DNA from: Eledone cirrhosa
Taxonomy: Eukaryota
Reading direction: 5' to 3'
NCBI GenBank assembly: GCA_964016885.1
Contig: OZ024751.1
Span: 16,182,001-16,246,000, forward strand
DNA length: 64,000 bases
Made by a program: the position numbers and the translations under genes. The notes below the pieces were generated by a model that did not search any database, was not told the origin of the DNA, and saw nothing but the letters and a program-made list of their open reading frames with translations. This document shows positions 44,521 through 57,576 of the stretch, piece by piece (position 1 is the first letter of the stretch; each line of letters opens with the position of its first letter).

Positions 44521-44590
44521 TGTTTTATCTGATGAAAACACAAATATTATTGCTTGATGATGTTTGTTTTTGAAATGCGCATAATAACAT
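44521..44590 (+). ncRNA. Type I hammerhead ribozyme (ATGCGCAT family)
   Basis: tgttttatCTGATGAaaacacaaat...gtttgtttttGAAAtgcgcaTAataa; element flanked by (TA)n. Confidence 0.75.
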
Positions 44591-44621
44591 ATATGGAACT
44601 CCTTTAACCATCTTTTGATCT

Positions 44622-44666
<45 letters not shown>

Positions 44667-45008
44667 TATAATTATAATAGAATATAAAAGAAAAAACGAA
44701 CACAGATATATAGATATATGTGTTCAAATCGTAAGGGACCTGATTCGCTAAGGTGAAAGGAATATTAACTATAGAGAATTGGGTTCACTTGTCTCAATTT
44801 AGAAAAAATTAAGAAAATAAATACAAACCGGAATTGTGGTAACTACCAATTACCCTGACAACTTGTTGTTTCGCAAAGTTAATTGTGAATAGGAATACTA
44901 ATCCAAGCGCATTAGTGGGTGATAAATTAGTATCCTAGACACATCTATGTATGCTATATATAAAATATAAAACAGCGCACATGGCGAGTTCCTAACTCAA
45001 TATATACA

Positions 45009-45049
<41 letters not shown>

Positions 45050-45765
45050 AATAACAGATTAAAGTTTAAGGAAAGAATCGATGCTTTCACCCTTACCGGG
45101 ATTTTCTGAAACTCGATAGAATTGATCTCGATAGAATTTGAACTCACAACTCAGCGTTTCAGAAGATCCAATTAAGAGCGAAAGCAGCGATTCTTTGCTT
45201 AAAATTTAATCTGTTATTTTAATGTTCTGATATTATATTTGTGTTTTGACCTTTATTGTCTACTTCGATGGAACCGGCCTTGTGCTAGGATGAAACGATC
45301 GTAAGTGCTTGAATGTTTTGCGCGCTCTTTGTTTGTTATTTACAATGTATATATACAGATATAAATTTATCGTAAACGTCGGCTCCTTAGCGCACCCTTT
45401 AAGACATATCAAAATTGACTACAATTCTTTTTTTCTATATCTGAACACACTATATCGAAAGACAGAGCCGGAACGAATTCTATAAGCATTGTAGCCGACG
45501 TTCTAACCGTCCTGGCAATCTGTCGCATTATACATATCTATATACTCTTCTTCTTTGCTCACATTCTTGGGAGGGTCGTGCGGTCAGAGTCCTCAAACAT
45601 TCCTTCCAAAGAGTACTGTCAGAAACAAATTTCTATTGGATCCCCAATAGAAATCACCGGAACTCATGGGTGTTATCCAACTATCTTGCTCATGGGTCTA
45701 CACCCTGGGTCTCTTGTCGGTTGATTATACCTACCTACAGTATATACTAAATGGGTAAATTTATA

Positions 45766-47198
45766 TACGAGGTTCGGCTGAAAAGTTAATAGGCTTAAAA
45801 ATTCATAGGCTGACCAAGTTTATAGGTTGAGCAAGTTTATAGGCTGTCCAGGGATTATTCTTCAACATAATCCGTGGCAAGAAACAATCCTATTATTTAG
45901 AAGAATCGTGGAAATTAAAGAATGCAAGATTTCACAGCTCTAGCATTAATCATTCATAGCCAGCGTATGAACGTTTCAACCGTCCCTCGAATTTTATCGA
46001 CACTGGAAGTATAAAAATCAAAGTTGATCTCGATAGAATTTGAACTCACAACGAAAAGAACTGAAACAAAATCTGCAATATTTGACGCCCTAACGATTCA
46101 GCCTATGAATATTTTTCCCACCCTCGTATATGAGGGCCACACATCAGTATTTCTCAATAATACTCTTGGCAGTGGAGACTTCTGGTGCCCTTGGCCCTAT
46201 GGCTACCTCCCTACTCACCATCATAGGCGCTAAGCTGGCCAGCCGCAGGTGTGAGCCTCGCGAGATGGAATGGCTCTTCCAGCGCATCTCCCTTACTATC
46301 GTCCGGTGAAACGTCTTCTCCATTCTATCCGCCGGGGCTGTGGGAAGGCCAGCACGTGGGAACCCATTTGCTCACCATACAGAGAGATGGGGAGGGCGAG
46401 AGAGATGGAGGTAATTCTTGAATTTTAAAAATGGTACCTTTAAATTTGTTTGTTGAAGGAAATTAAGATCCAGCGTAAGATACTGTTGTTTGTGAATAAT
46501 CAGGCAAATATTTCTTTATTTATCTCACCTATTCACCCATGGACACTTAACAACTGAGGGAGTCGTTTAGGACGCCCTCGTGACATCCGCCATTTCTCGC
46601 GTATTTAAACATGGTAGAGCCAATCCACTCATAATGCATCCAAGATTTCACAGCCCTAGCATCACCCCTTTATAGGCTCACCAAGATATTCTCATAGAAT
46701 GACAAAATAAGGCTCATTTTTCAACATATCCCTGGAAAGAAACAATGCAGTTATTAACAAGAAGAGTTGAAATTAATGCATGCAAGATTTCACAGCTCTA
46801 GCATCACTCCTTCATAGGCTGACCAAGATATTCTCCTGAAATGACCAAATGAGGCTCATTTTTCAACATAGTCCCTGGAAAGAAACAATGCAGTTACTAA
46901 CAAGAAGAGTTGAAATTAATTGTTTCTACTTTTGGCACAGGACCAGCAATTAACCAGTACATGACTGGTACTTTATTTTATCGACCCCGTAAAGATGATA
47001 GGCAAAGTTAACCTCGGCGAGATTCGAACTCATATCATAAAGGGACGTAACTCTATGCTTCAGAGCATGGTGTCCGACTCTCTACCGATGCGGCCAATCC
47101 ACCGCCCTAGAAGAGTTGAAATTAATGCATGCAAGATTTCACAGCTCTAGCACCACTCCTTCATAATCAACCTACAAACGTTTCAGCCGACCCTAGTA
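45766..47198. mobile_element. mariner-like non-autonomous element(s) with internal ~150-bp tandem units and nested insertions
   Basis: TACGAGGTTCGGCTGAAAAGTT left end, AACGTTTCAGCCGACCCTAGTA right end; extra right-end copies at ~45990 and ~46128. Confidence 0.55.
46921..47108 (-). mobile_element. Meta-type SINE
   Basis: 18-bp TSD AGAAGAGTTGAAATTAAT. Confidence 0.85.
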
Positions 47199-47698
47199 TA
47201 TACATTTCCACAGTCTGGCCTACCACTCTACTATATAGAAACATATGTACATTTATTGTGTGATTTATTATTTAATATCTGTGATGTAATTTTTCCTTTA
47301 TAGAATGCATCTGCCCAGTTAAATGATACGTCGCCATATAAATGATATTGCAGTTATTCCCCAGTCATCTTCAATGGGGTAAATGATTATTATAGATCAT
47401 TTTAATGAGTTAACTTATCTAATTGATGAAATAACACAATCAGTTAAGAGAAGCTGACATTGCTACAACCTCTCAACAAGTACAAAGTTTACGTCTGAGT
47501 CTGGTTATTACGTCACACACACACTCACACACACACATACACACACACACGCACACACACACACACACACACACAGACACACGCACACACACTCACATGT
47601 ATAAATATATGTAACATATGTGTATGTATGTATGTATGTATGTATGTATGTATCTACCTATATACGTTTAGCTCTCTTTCTCTCTTTATATACTCACA

Positions 47699-47741
<43 letters not shown>

Positions 47742-47892
47742 AAGAGAGAAAGAGAGCTATGCGTATATACGTGTATATACGTATATATACATACATATAT
47801 ATATATATATATACATACGTATATATACATACATATATATATATATACATATTGTATATATATATGTATATATATATATGTATATATATATG

Positions 47893-47933
<41 letters not shown>

Positions 47934-48264
47934 GTAGGAGTGTGTGATTATGTATGTTTATATGTGTGTTATGGAAATTCAATAAACTACGATCTAGATT
48001 CCTTAAAGCATTTACTTCACTTTATTGTTGCAACTAATTAGATCCACTGTGGTCTGAGACTAGCAGACATATGGTTAAATGCCTTCTAGCTATGGTCATC
48101 TGTCTTACTTTCAGACACAGCGTATGTAGGACTACATTATCTAGGGTCTCAACCCCGTTTTAAAGACTATTGGTTGGCACCACGTTATAATTAGATCATT
48201 GATTAATCTCATTTCACCGCACCATTCACTTCATTATTTTATGGAAAACTTTGTTGGGGAGGGA

Positions 48265-48770
48265 AAGGATGAAAGGCAAAGCTAACCTAGGTGGGATTTG
48301 AACTCAGAAACGCAAAGGGCCATGACTCTATGCAGAAAAGCATAGTATCTGACGCTCTACCGATTCTGCCAATCCACAAGGATAATAATTGTTTCTACTT
48401 TAGGCACAAGGCTAGCGATTTTTTGAAGGGGAGGGGAAAATCGATTAAATCGACTCCACTACAACACTGGTGCTTTATTTATCGATCACGTAGGAATGAA
48501 AGGCAAAACTAACCTCGGCAGGATTGCCTAAAGGCAGAAACAATTGCCTTTCATCCTTACGGGGTCGATAAAGTAAAGGGTGGTGGATTGGCAGCATCGA
48601 TAGAGAGTTGGACGCCATGCTTTGCAGCAAAGAGTTACGGCCCTTTATGGTCTGAGTTCAAATCCCGCCGCGGTTAACTTTGCCTTTCATCCTTACGGGG
48701 TCGATAAAATAAAGTACCAGTAATACACTGGGATAATTGCTGGCCTTGTGCCAAATGTAGAAACAATTAT
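48265..48770. mobile_element. Cluster of Meta-type SINE copies in both orientations
   Basis: Family motifs on minus (48265-48520) then plus (48545-48770). Confidence 0.75.
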
Positions 48771-48779
48771 TATTATTAT

Positions 48780-49655
48780 GAGACTGGAATGTTTTCAGGT
48801 GCTCACGGCCCTGGCGTTCTATAGGGGATTAGTGGAGGGGAAGAGCGACGACGTACTTGGGGAAACTCTAGGCGTCGACGAAAATCAACTAGCCAATCTC
48901 GTCGGAAGAACTTTCGGGCCGGGGCCCATGGACAATTTCCAGAAATCCCTGGCCTGGCAGTGCTACCGAGGAGCTTTGCCAGTTCGGGATAAACTCTACA
49001 AGCATGGAAGGGCCGTCAGCCGGGCATGTCCGAGATGCGCGCAGGGCGACGAAACCGTCTTGCATGCACTCGTCCAATGTCCGAGCATTGCTGACTTATG
49101 GGTTTATGTCGAACACGTGCTGTCGCGTGTAGAACGGATCTGGCAATCAGCTGAGTCCATCGTGAGGATAGCCCCGGCCTCCTCCCGGGAAGGGCAGGCA
49201 GTTTTTATCTGTCTGGTGGCCATGGCGAAAGAGATAGTATGGTGGACACGTCTGAAAGGGCTTAAGACGAGCACTTACCTCTTCGAAAAGGAAAATCAGG
49301 GTAGAGAGGGAAGTGCTCTCTTCCCAGCATTTTGTTGAAAGATGGTTGAGAGAGGCAAGAATGGCCCGAGTGAATGGGCCTACTCAGAGTATATGCCTGT
49401 AAATTGAAGGTGGAAAACTGGGAGAGGGCACTTGCCCTGGTGGTTAGGGTCACCGTGGCTTTTTTAATGGGCTTTCTCCACGATGGCCCTCGGTAGTCTC
49501 CCCCCTATTGGGGAATTTTTCATTGTTCTTTTTTTGTTACATCCTCTGTTTTTTGTTTTTTTTACACGCAGAAATGCCCATTTGCACCGTCCTGCATTGT
49601 CCTGTACTGTCCTTAATGTCTACTTTGTGTAAACCCTTGTGGTTAATAAAGAAAG

Positions 49656-49715
<60 letters not shown>

Positions 49716-49716
49716 T
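48780..49716 (+). mobile_element. Tx1/L1-clade LINE 3' fragment (zf-RVT CCHC finger, 3' UTR, (ATT)n tail)
   Basis: LAWQCYRGALPVRDKL...CPRC...ETVLHALVQC; AATAAA followed by (ATT)n. Confidence 0.85.
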
Positions 49717-50055
49717 ATGGCTTGGCAGAATTGAGAGAGCGTCGAACAACATGCTTAGCGGCATAGAGTTATGGCCCTTTACGTTCTGAGTTCAAATCCC
49801 GTTATGGTTAAGTTTGCCTTTCATCCTTACGGGGTTGATAAATAAGGCACCAGTGATGTCCTGGGCTCGACTTAATCGACTTTTTCCTCCCCCCAAATTG
49901 TTGGCCTTGTGCCTAAATAGAAAAAATCATTATCTTATGGACAATTTATATAGTAATAAATGTATGTATGAGCCCGTAACGCCGTAGGAGCACGGTCGTG
50001 ACATACGATGTCTGTTGTACACTCTAAATCGGTCAGAGCCCATCTCTTACATATA

Positions 50056-50937
50056 TCATAATCTATAAAGCTCAGTGTGTGGTCATGCTCCTTCGTTATA
50101 GAATTTCTTCAATTGAAATTTACAATTCAGTATTCGAAATAGCTTCGATTGCGTCTTGACGCAGATAATTTTTTCAATTTCACCCACAATTACGCAAAAA
50201 ATAGATAAAACTCAATATTTTACGATTTTTCTCTCTCATTTAAACTGCTGAACTCTTTCTACTACCATTCAAAATCTATACAACTTCATACTTTCTGCTA
50301 CTTTCTCTTTCCAAGCTTGATGGTGATACTGTCCGTTCACACCACTCCCTACTGTCTTAAATTTAGAAAACACATATCCTCTATGAGGTTACTAAACCTG
50401 CTAGAAACGGCAGCTAACTCTCCCCCATATCACACCCCTCCCTACTGTCTTAAATTTAGAAAACATATCTTCTATGAGGTCACTAAACCTGCTAGAAACA
50501 GCAGCTATCTCTCCCCCATATCACACCACTCCCTACTGTCTTAAATTTAGAAAACACATATCCTCTATGAGGTCACTAAACCTGCTAGAAACAACAGCTA
50601 AGTCTCCCTCATATCACAACCCTCCCTACTGTCTTAAATTTAGAAAATACACAGACAACCATGCAGAACAACTCCATCGCAGCTCTGTTGTTCGGCTGGA
50701 ATCGTCTACGCACGTGTTGCGCAAGTACTGTGAAACAATAAATTTCAACACTTTTTTGCACAGAGATAATATCCATAGGCGAAACTACAATTGTCACTGC
50801 TGACGCAGCTCATGCTTCCAGGTCTGCAATTCATTCACCCAGTGCCTGGCAGACAAAAAAGTGCTGCCATAAAATGGGTGGTGCAACCTAACTTTGGTAA
50901 CTTAATGACCCCGAGCAACGCCGGACTTTAATGCTAG
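50056..50937 (+). mobile_element. Non-autonomous Helitron
   Basis: A|TC 5' end, subterminal hairpin ccgagcaacgccgg, CTAG|T 3' end, no TSD; internal 91-93 bp tandem repeat. Confidence 0.88.
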
Positions 50938-51145
50938 TATATATATATATGCCAATACATATAAATATGCCGATCCTATATATATATGCCAATGACATTT
51001 ACAAGATGCAGAATTTGCTTCAATCATTCGCTGTGGGAGCTGTTTATGTGTTAAGTATTTCCGTAGAAAAGGTAAAGGAAAGAAGAGTGCTCTATGTATT
51101 GTACAGAGCAATTTAATTACATAATAAACAACACAATATAATTAT

Positions 51146-51213
51146 TCCATTACCGAAGGTTTCGAGAAACTAGATGGTTTTTGCAGAAACATCTAGCTTG
51201 TTCATCAGATGAT
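51146..51213 (-). ncRNA. Type I hammerhead ribozyme candidate
   Basis: Minus: tcatCTGATGAacaagctagatg...catctagtttctcGAAAccttcggTAatgg. Confidence 0.6.
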
Positions 51214-51327
51214 TTTGAAAAAAATGATATCTATTAAAAATATATATATATAGTTGTATGATTGCATGAAAAAATGCGTCCATAGGCGGTATGACGGTTG
51301 AGCACTCGATGTTCGCACAGACTAGAG

Positions 51328-54202
51328 CAGGAGTCGGCAACCTTTTGGGGAGAGAGGGCCAAACAGCTATGCAGTGTCATGGAGGAGGGCCATGTTATTA
51401 AATATGTAAATAAATTTTCTGGAGGTTTAAAGCAAAAGAAGGAATTTAATATAATTATCTTTTAACAAGGCCCCTTATTTTACTGAGGGAATAACAGAAA
51501 AACAACGACTATCAAAATTAACAAAAAAAAAGCAAATTCCTTGCTACGAACGAAATACAGTTAGAAATGGTAAATGATTTAATGAGACACTTGTTTCTGC
51601 TTATTGTGCGATAACTTCTCCACATTAGGTGAAATATTTGACAGGAGCAAAACATCATCCAGGTGGTCGTCACGCAACCTTGTTCTTAAATGACTTTTAG
51701 TATATTTCATTTTGGAAAAAAGTTGTTCACAAGCATATGTACTTCCAAATAATGATATCATCAGTTTCGCATCAGTCAAGATGTTTTTGTATTTTCCGCT
51801 TGGCAATATATATTTCTTGTAGAAGTCAGCAGTGGATTCGAACTGAAATTTCGATTTCAAAGATTCGTCGCACTGTAAGTCAATTAACTCCAACTGATAT
51901 TCTTCTGCCACTTGCTCCACATCTGTTTCGTAAGGAGTTCCAAATAACTTAAATAGAGTTCCATATTGCCGGAAGTCAGCAAAACGAGAGGAAAACTCGC
52001 TTCTCAAATCCTTAATAGAGCTCACAAAGATGTCTGGTATTATATCTCTCTTGTGATTTTGGAGACTTGGGAAATGAGAGTAGTTTCCCTTTTGAAGTTG
52101 TGATTCCCACAGTCGAAGTTTTCTCTCAAAAGCACTAATTTGACCAAACATCTCAAATACAACCTTGTTCTTTCCTTGAAGCTCAAAATTCAAAGTGTTC
52201 ATGAGGGTTGTGATGTCCACTAAAAAAGCTAACTTGACAACCCATTGTGGATCCTGAAAGTAAGAATTATCTTGGTCTTTGCTCTCTAAAAACATAGAAA
52301 TCTCTTCTCTCAATGCATATACTCGTTCTATCATTTTTCCGCGGCTAAGCCATCGAACATTTGAAAAATCTGTACGGTCGCCATACTCTGCTTCAATTTG
52401 TTCCAGAAATTCTTGAAACTGGTGGTGATTTAGTCTTCTTGACAGTATATAATTCACTGTTGTCACGACCACTGCCATGATGTCCTTAAAATTCAGTGAC
52501 TTTTCACATAATGCTTCTTGATGAATAATGCATGAGGTTTGATTAGTTTTTGATCAATACCGATGGGGTTTTGGAGCAATGCAACAAACCCCCTTTTCTC
52601 TCCAACCATTGCTGGTGCTCCATCTGTGATTACTCAAGAAAGCTTGATAAATCCAGATTCATTTCGGTAATCCATTTTATTATGCTTTCCAAAATATCTG
52701 CTCCAGTGCTAGTGTCCTTCATAGGTATCAATTGTACAAATTATTCCACAATATCAAATGTTGGTGTTACACGCCTCAAAAACAGTGCAAGTTGCCAAGT
52801 ATCCTTCATATCTGTGGTTTCATCGATAGCAATGGAATAATACTCCAGATTATTTAAAATGCCTTTCAAGCCACTTCTGACATTTGCTGCCAGCTCTTCA
52901 ATTCGCCTTGTTACTGTTCTTGCCGATAAGCTGATCGCAGAAAATAATTCCCTTTTTTCTGGACAAACAACATCCGCTACCTTCAACAATAATTCTTTGA
53001 AGGAATCTCCATCAGTAAAAGGTTTCATCCTTTCTGCAATTAGTTTTGACACCTCGTAGCTAGCACGAGTGTTTCGGTCACTTTCTTCAACTTTTCTAGT
53101 GAAAAAGGATGATTGTTTTGTTACATTATTTCTCAGTTGTGCAACTTCGTTTACTCGTGCTTTTCCATTAAAACTGTTGTAATGATTATGAAGAGTTTAT
53201 AGTGCCGTTTAATATTTGAAACTTTCTTCACGGCAATGGTTTCCGAAGTGCTCAATGAAAAAATAGTTAAGTGTCCACCCATCGTTAAAAGTTCGGCACT
53301 CCAAATTCACTTTTCTTTTCTTAACTTCCATTGGCTTGTTTTTGTTCAAATAAAAAAGATTTATGGAAAGGAAAAAGAACAAAAAGTATAATAATCAGAA
53401 TGAAGAAATAAGAAACAATGAAAACAAATGTAAATGCAAATACAGTAATGCGATAAAATTTGATAATTGTGAATAAATTATATATAACCAGGTTTCTAAC
53501 GACGTTGTTAGATGAGGGTTGGCATTTGTTTTTTTAAACCACTTTTGGCCTAATTCTAATAATAATAATTCACACAATTTATCACAAATAATTAAATAAA
53601 CGTTATTATCGAATAAAGATACCTACTGTATAGTTGTTATACCACCAGACAACAAACTCAAATGAAAATACTCTGGGGAGGAGGGAACGAAGTAATTTTT
53701 CCAAGGACAGCTTTACCTTGTGCCGGGGGGCACAGGTAAGGTTAGGCAAACGAAGACGACAATAATTCACGAGTGATTTTATTGAATGACAATATGGGTA
53801 TAAAAGCGAGTCATGCGAACCGTAAGGTAGTATACCTTCCAGTCGCTGACGAAAATACATACTTCCAGACAACATTTGTATTTGTTGACTGGAACAAAAA
53901 CACATACATGAAATCACAGGAAATAATAATACAGGTGATATAATGCTTGGCGGAAAGCCCAGAAAAAGATGGATAAGAGGAAATAATAATAAATGGAAAA
54001 TATAATAAGGTTTAAAGGTATCTGTAAATATATACGTTATGAGCAGAGATTTGTGATGGGCATCAGGTCCAACCTTGAAGTGAACTACTGTATCTGTATT
54101 CGATACTAATTAGATAATTAGTGTCCAGTGTAAGATGGCGGGCCGGATAAAAATCACTCGAGAGCCGGATGTGGCCCGCTGGCCGGGGGTTGCCGACCCC
54201 TG
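51328..54202 (-). mobile_element. hAT DNA transposon (Buster/Charlie/SPIN-like), near full length
   Basis: TIRs CAGGAGTCGGCAACC / GGTTGCCGACCCCTG (1 mismatch); perfect 8-bp TSD GACTAGAG at 51320-51327 and 54203-54210. Confidence 0.95.
51579..53331 (-). pseudogene. Frameshifted hAT transposase (GTF2IRD2/EPM2AIP1-like)
   Basis: MEVKKRKV..., YSIAIDETTD, VRWLSRG and FGSTYACEQLFSKMK motifs split across frames; BED-finger CxxC appears deleted. Confidence 0.9.
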
Positions 54203-54468
54203 GACTAGAGTATAATACTGTAAGGATAAGGAACAAGGATTCAGTGTTGCATCATAACATATTTAATAACAAAGTACAGGTATTAACTCATCAATCCCAT
54301 TGTCCTAATAATATATATACATATATAAAGTGAAGAATGTAATTGGAGATGTACATATCTTTCCTTGCTTACTTTGTTACCTTTTTCTCTCCTAATTCTT
54401 ACATCTGACATCCCTTCTGTCTGTACATATGTTTCAATATCGATCAGCTCGAGGCAAGACCTATTATA

Positions 54469-54679
<211 letters not shown>

Positions 54680-54818
54680 CGAAGGAAATGTGGTAAGGAA
54701 CCAGGTGGACCATAACGCACCAAAGTACTCAATACTTAGGGTAGTAGAGTGGGTAATAGGAACGTCCAGAATTAGCCGTCGAAACGGCTTGAGCTCAGCC
54801 GTCGGGGTCTTACTCGTT

Positions 54819-54859
<41 letters not shown>

Positions 54860-54960
54860 AGGAAAAGCGAAGTAGTTTCAGATGTTCAAGTCTTTTAATA
54901 ATAATTGTTTCTACTTTAGGCACAAGGCCAGCAATTACCCAGTGCATTACTAATAATAAT

Positions 54961-55030
54961 GCTGTGATATATATTTCAATGGCGACACTGGCCACACTGC
55001 TCCGTGCGCCAGTGCCGCGACATCGTCAGA
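54961..55030 (-). ncRNA. Hammerhead motif at the centre of a palindromic insertion (5' stem I lost)
   Basis: Minus CTGACGA-tgtcgcggcactgg...ccagtgtcgccatt-GAAATATATATC. Confidence 0.55.
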
Positions 55031-55221
55031 CGATGTCGCGGCACTGGGCACGGAACAGTATGGCCACTGTCGCCATTGAAATATATATCACAGCATTATT
55101 ATTAAAAGACTTGAATATCTGAAACTACTTCGCTTTTCTTTATTCGATATTTACTTCTTCACTCCTATGTGGAATAAGTACGTTGAGTGCTTGATTTTAA
55201 TTGCATCAATGTTTACCCTAA

Positions 55222-55292
<71 letters not shown>

Positions 55293-55448
55293 CTTGTATA
55301 TATCGATGTTGTGTTACTATGGCAACAAGTTTTTAGTCGCTTTATTGTTGGTGTGTTAACTCTTCACACAATTTGAGTGCTTTTGTGATTGCCTCAAGCA
55401 ATTTCGAATGGTATCTGTTATACAGCGGCTAGAACATCGATTTATACC

Positions 55449-55537
<89 letters not shown>

Positions 55538-55727
55538 AAAAAGTATGTCCCCGACGGCAGAACTCAAGCCGTTTCGACGGCTATTTCTAAGTCCAGAAAT
55601 AGCCGTCGAAACGGCTTGAGCTCTGCCGTCGGTCTCATACTTTTTCCTATTTCCCACTATACTACCCTAAGTATTGAGTACTCTGGTGCGTTATGGTCCA
55701 TCTGGTTCCTTACCACAATTCCTTTGT

Positions 55728-55764
<37 letters not shown>

Positions 55765-55789
55765 ATGTGTGTGTTTGTTTGTGCGAGTG

Positions 55790-55820
<31 letters not shown>

Positions 55821-55866
55821 CTCCTGATGAGTTTGTTACTGTAGGTTCATCCTTAACAGTAGGATA

Positions 55867-56725
55867 TCTTGCTAATAAGTGTTTTTATGGAGGTACCTCC
55901 ATAAAAACACTTATTAGCAAGACATACCCTTTTCAAAGACCCCCCTGTATAGATAAGAAATGTATAACCTGTAAATTAAGCCCCAATATTAACTGCAAAA
56001 CTAAAAATGTAGTATATAGCATAAGATGTACTGAAGGACAATGTAGAGATAAAAATATAGTGTACATAGGTGAAACAGCTCGTAGTGTAGGGGAACGGAT
56101 AAATGAACACTGGCGAGACCTTCAAGATAGTAAAGAATCATCTGTACTCTACCAACATGCTAAAATAGAACATAAGGGTAAATTAGAGAACATAGAAATA
56201 AAAATAGAATCTACACACAGAAAAGACGCAATGTTTAGACAAATCACAGAGGCAATAAACATAAAAGAATTACAACCAAAATTAAATAGAAAACATGAGT
56301 GGAACAGCAACATCACAACTTACAATTAAGGACAAAATGAAAACACACACACACATAGAACAAACAACCGACCAGTAACATGTAAATAAACAAATAAATA
56401 AACGAATATATACACACACAGACACCCAAATGTGGCGCTTGCGCAGACTGAGCACACAACACACACACACAGAAACAAAATGGCGTAGGACTGAACAAAG
56501 GAGAAGCACAAAAACAAAGAAAAGAATCCCCAGTCACTGAAGAGGTCACATAATGTGTGACGAAAGAACTTTGACAATATATAAACAACCATCTTGTTGT
56601 GGAACCAACCAACCAACCGGAAATTTATAAATTCCTAAATTTATAAATTTATTATAATAAATTGAAGTGAAACAACTGGTGCGTGTGCTTTTTATTGGCA
56701 ACATGACCCTCCCAAAGTATAACAA
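55867..56725 (+). mobile_element. 5'-truncated Penelope-like element: Cys-rich linker + GIY-YIG endonuclease + HHR-containing 3' pLTR
   Basis: ORF to 56329 with CIDKKCITC..NCKTKNVVYSIRC..YIGETARSVGERINEH..LYQH..EAINI..PKLN; ends at (TA)n. Confidence 0.9.
56533..56575 (+). ncRNA. Hammerhead ribozyme in the 3' pLTR of a Penelope-like element
   Basis: gtcaCTGAAGAg-gtcac...gtgac-GAAAgaacTTtgac, ~200 bp downstream of the GIY-YIG stop codon. Confidence 0.65.
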
Positions 56726-57502
56726 TATATATATATATATAAACAAACACACAGACACACATATACATATGTATACACGTAGTGTGTGCATGCGTTTACT
56801 AAACATACGGACATATAGCCAAACATACGTTCATATTACTTACATTGAAACAGTCGGGTATAGAGATATATCGTTGATATCTTCACTAACGTTTTTTTTT
56901 CACGAGATAAAGAAATGAAAACAAAATATATATATATATGAATGGTGTAACATACTGCAATATTTAATTAATATAACATTTATTATTGAAAAGAAGAAAA
57001 AACAAAAATAGCAAGAAAACAAACAAACAAAGATATGCTATTGATATTTCATCATAACATATATGAGAAAAGATATAGGTATAATGTAATATCTATTTAT
57101 GAAAGTAGTTTTTTACCTCCAAGCTCTACGTTGAGTTTAGTTTCCTAACATTCTTGATATTGTATTAGATTCAATAGTGTGGATTTGCGAGGTGCATTGG
57201 TAAGCATTTTACAATTCAATATTTCGTATACAATGAAATTATTAATGAATCTAGAATTTATCTGGAAAACCCTAGAGAAAGACACGCCCCACGCATCCTT
57301 ATATATATACACCTACATACATATTTATGTGAGTGTTTGGGTACTTTTGTGTCTATATATATATATATATATACATATACATAATACACATTCACACACA
57401 CATATATATATATGTGTTTATATATTAATATGTATGTATATATATATTATATTGACACACAATTCTGTTTATATATATATAGATATACACACACTATATA
57501 TG

Positions 57503-57576
<74 letters not shown>

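Noticed and set aside
55820-55866. CTGATGAG plus hairpin upstream of the PLE fragment
   Set aside because: No GAAA or stem III half; cannot be called a ribozyme.
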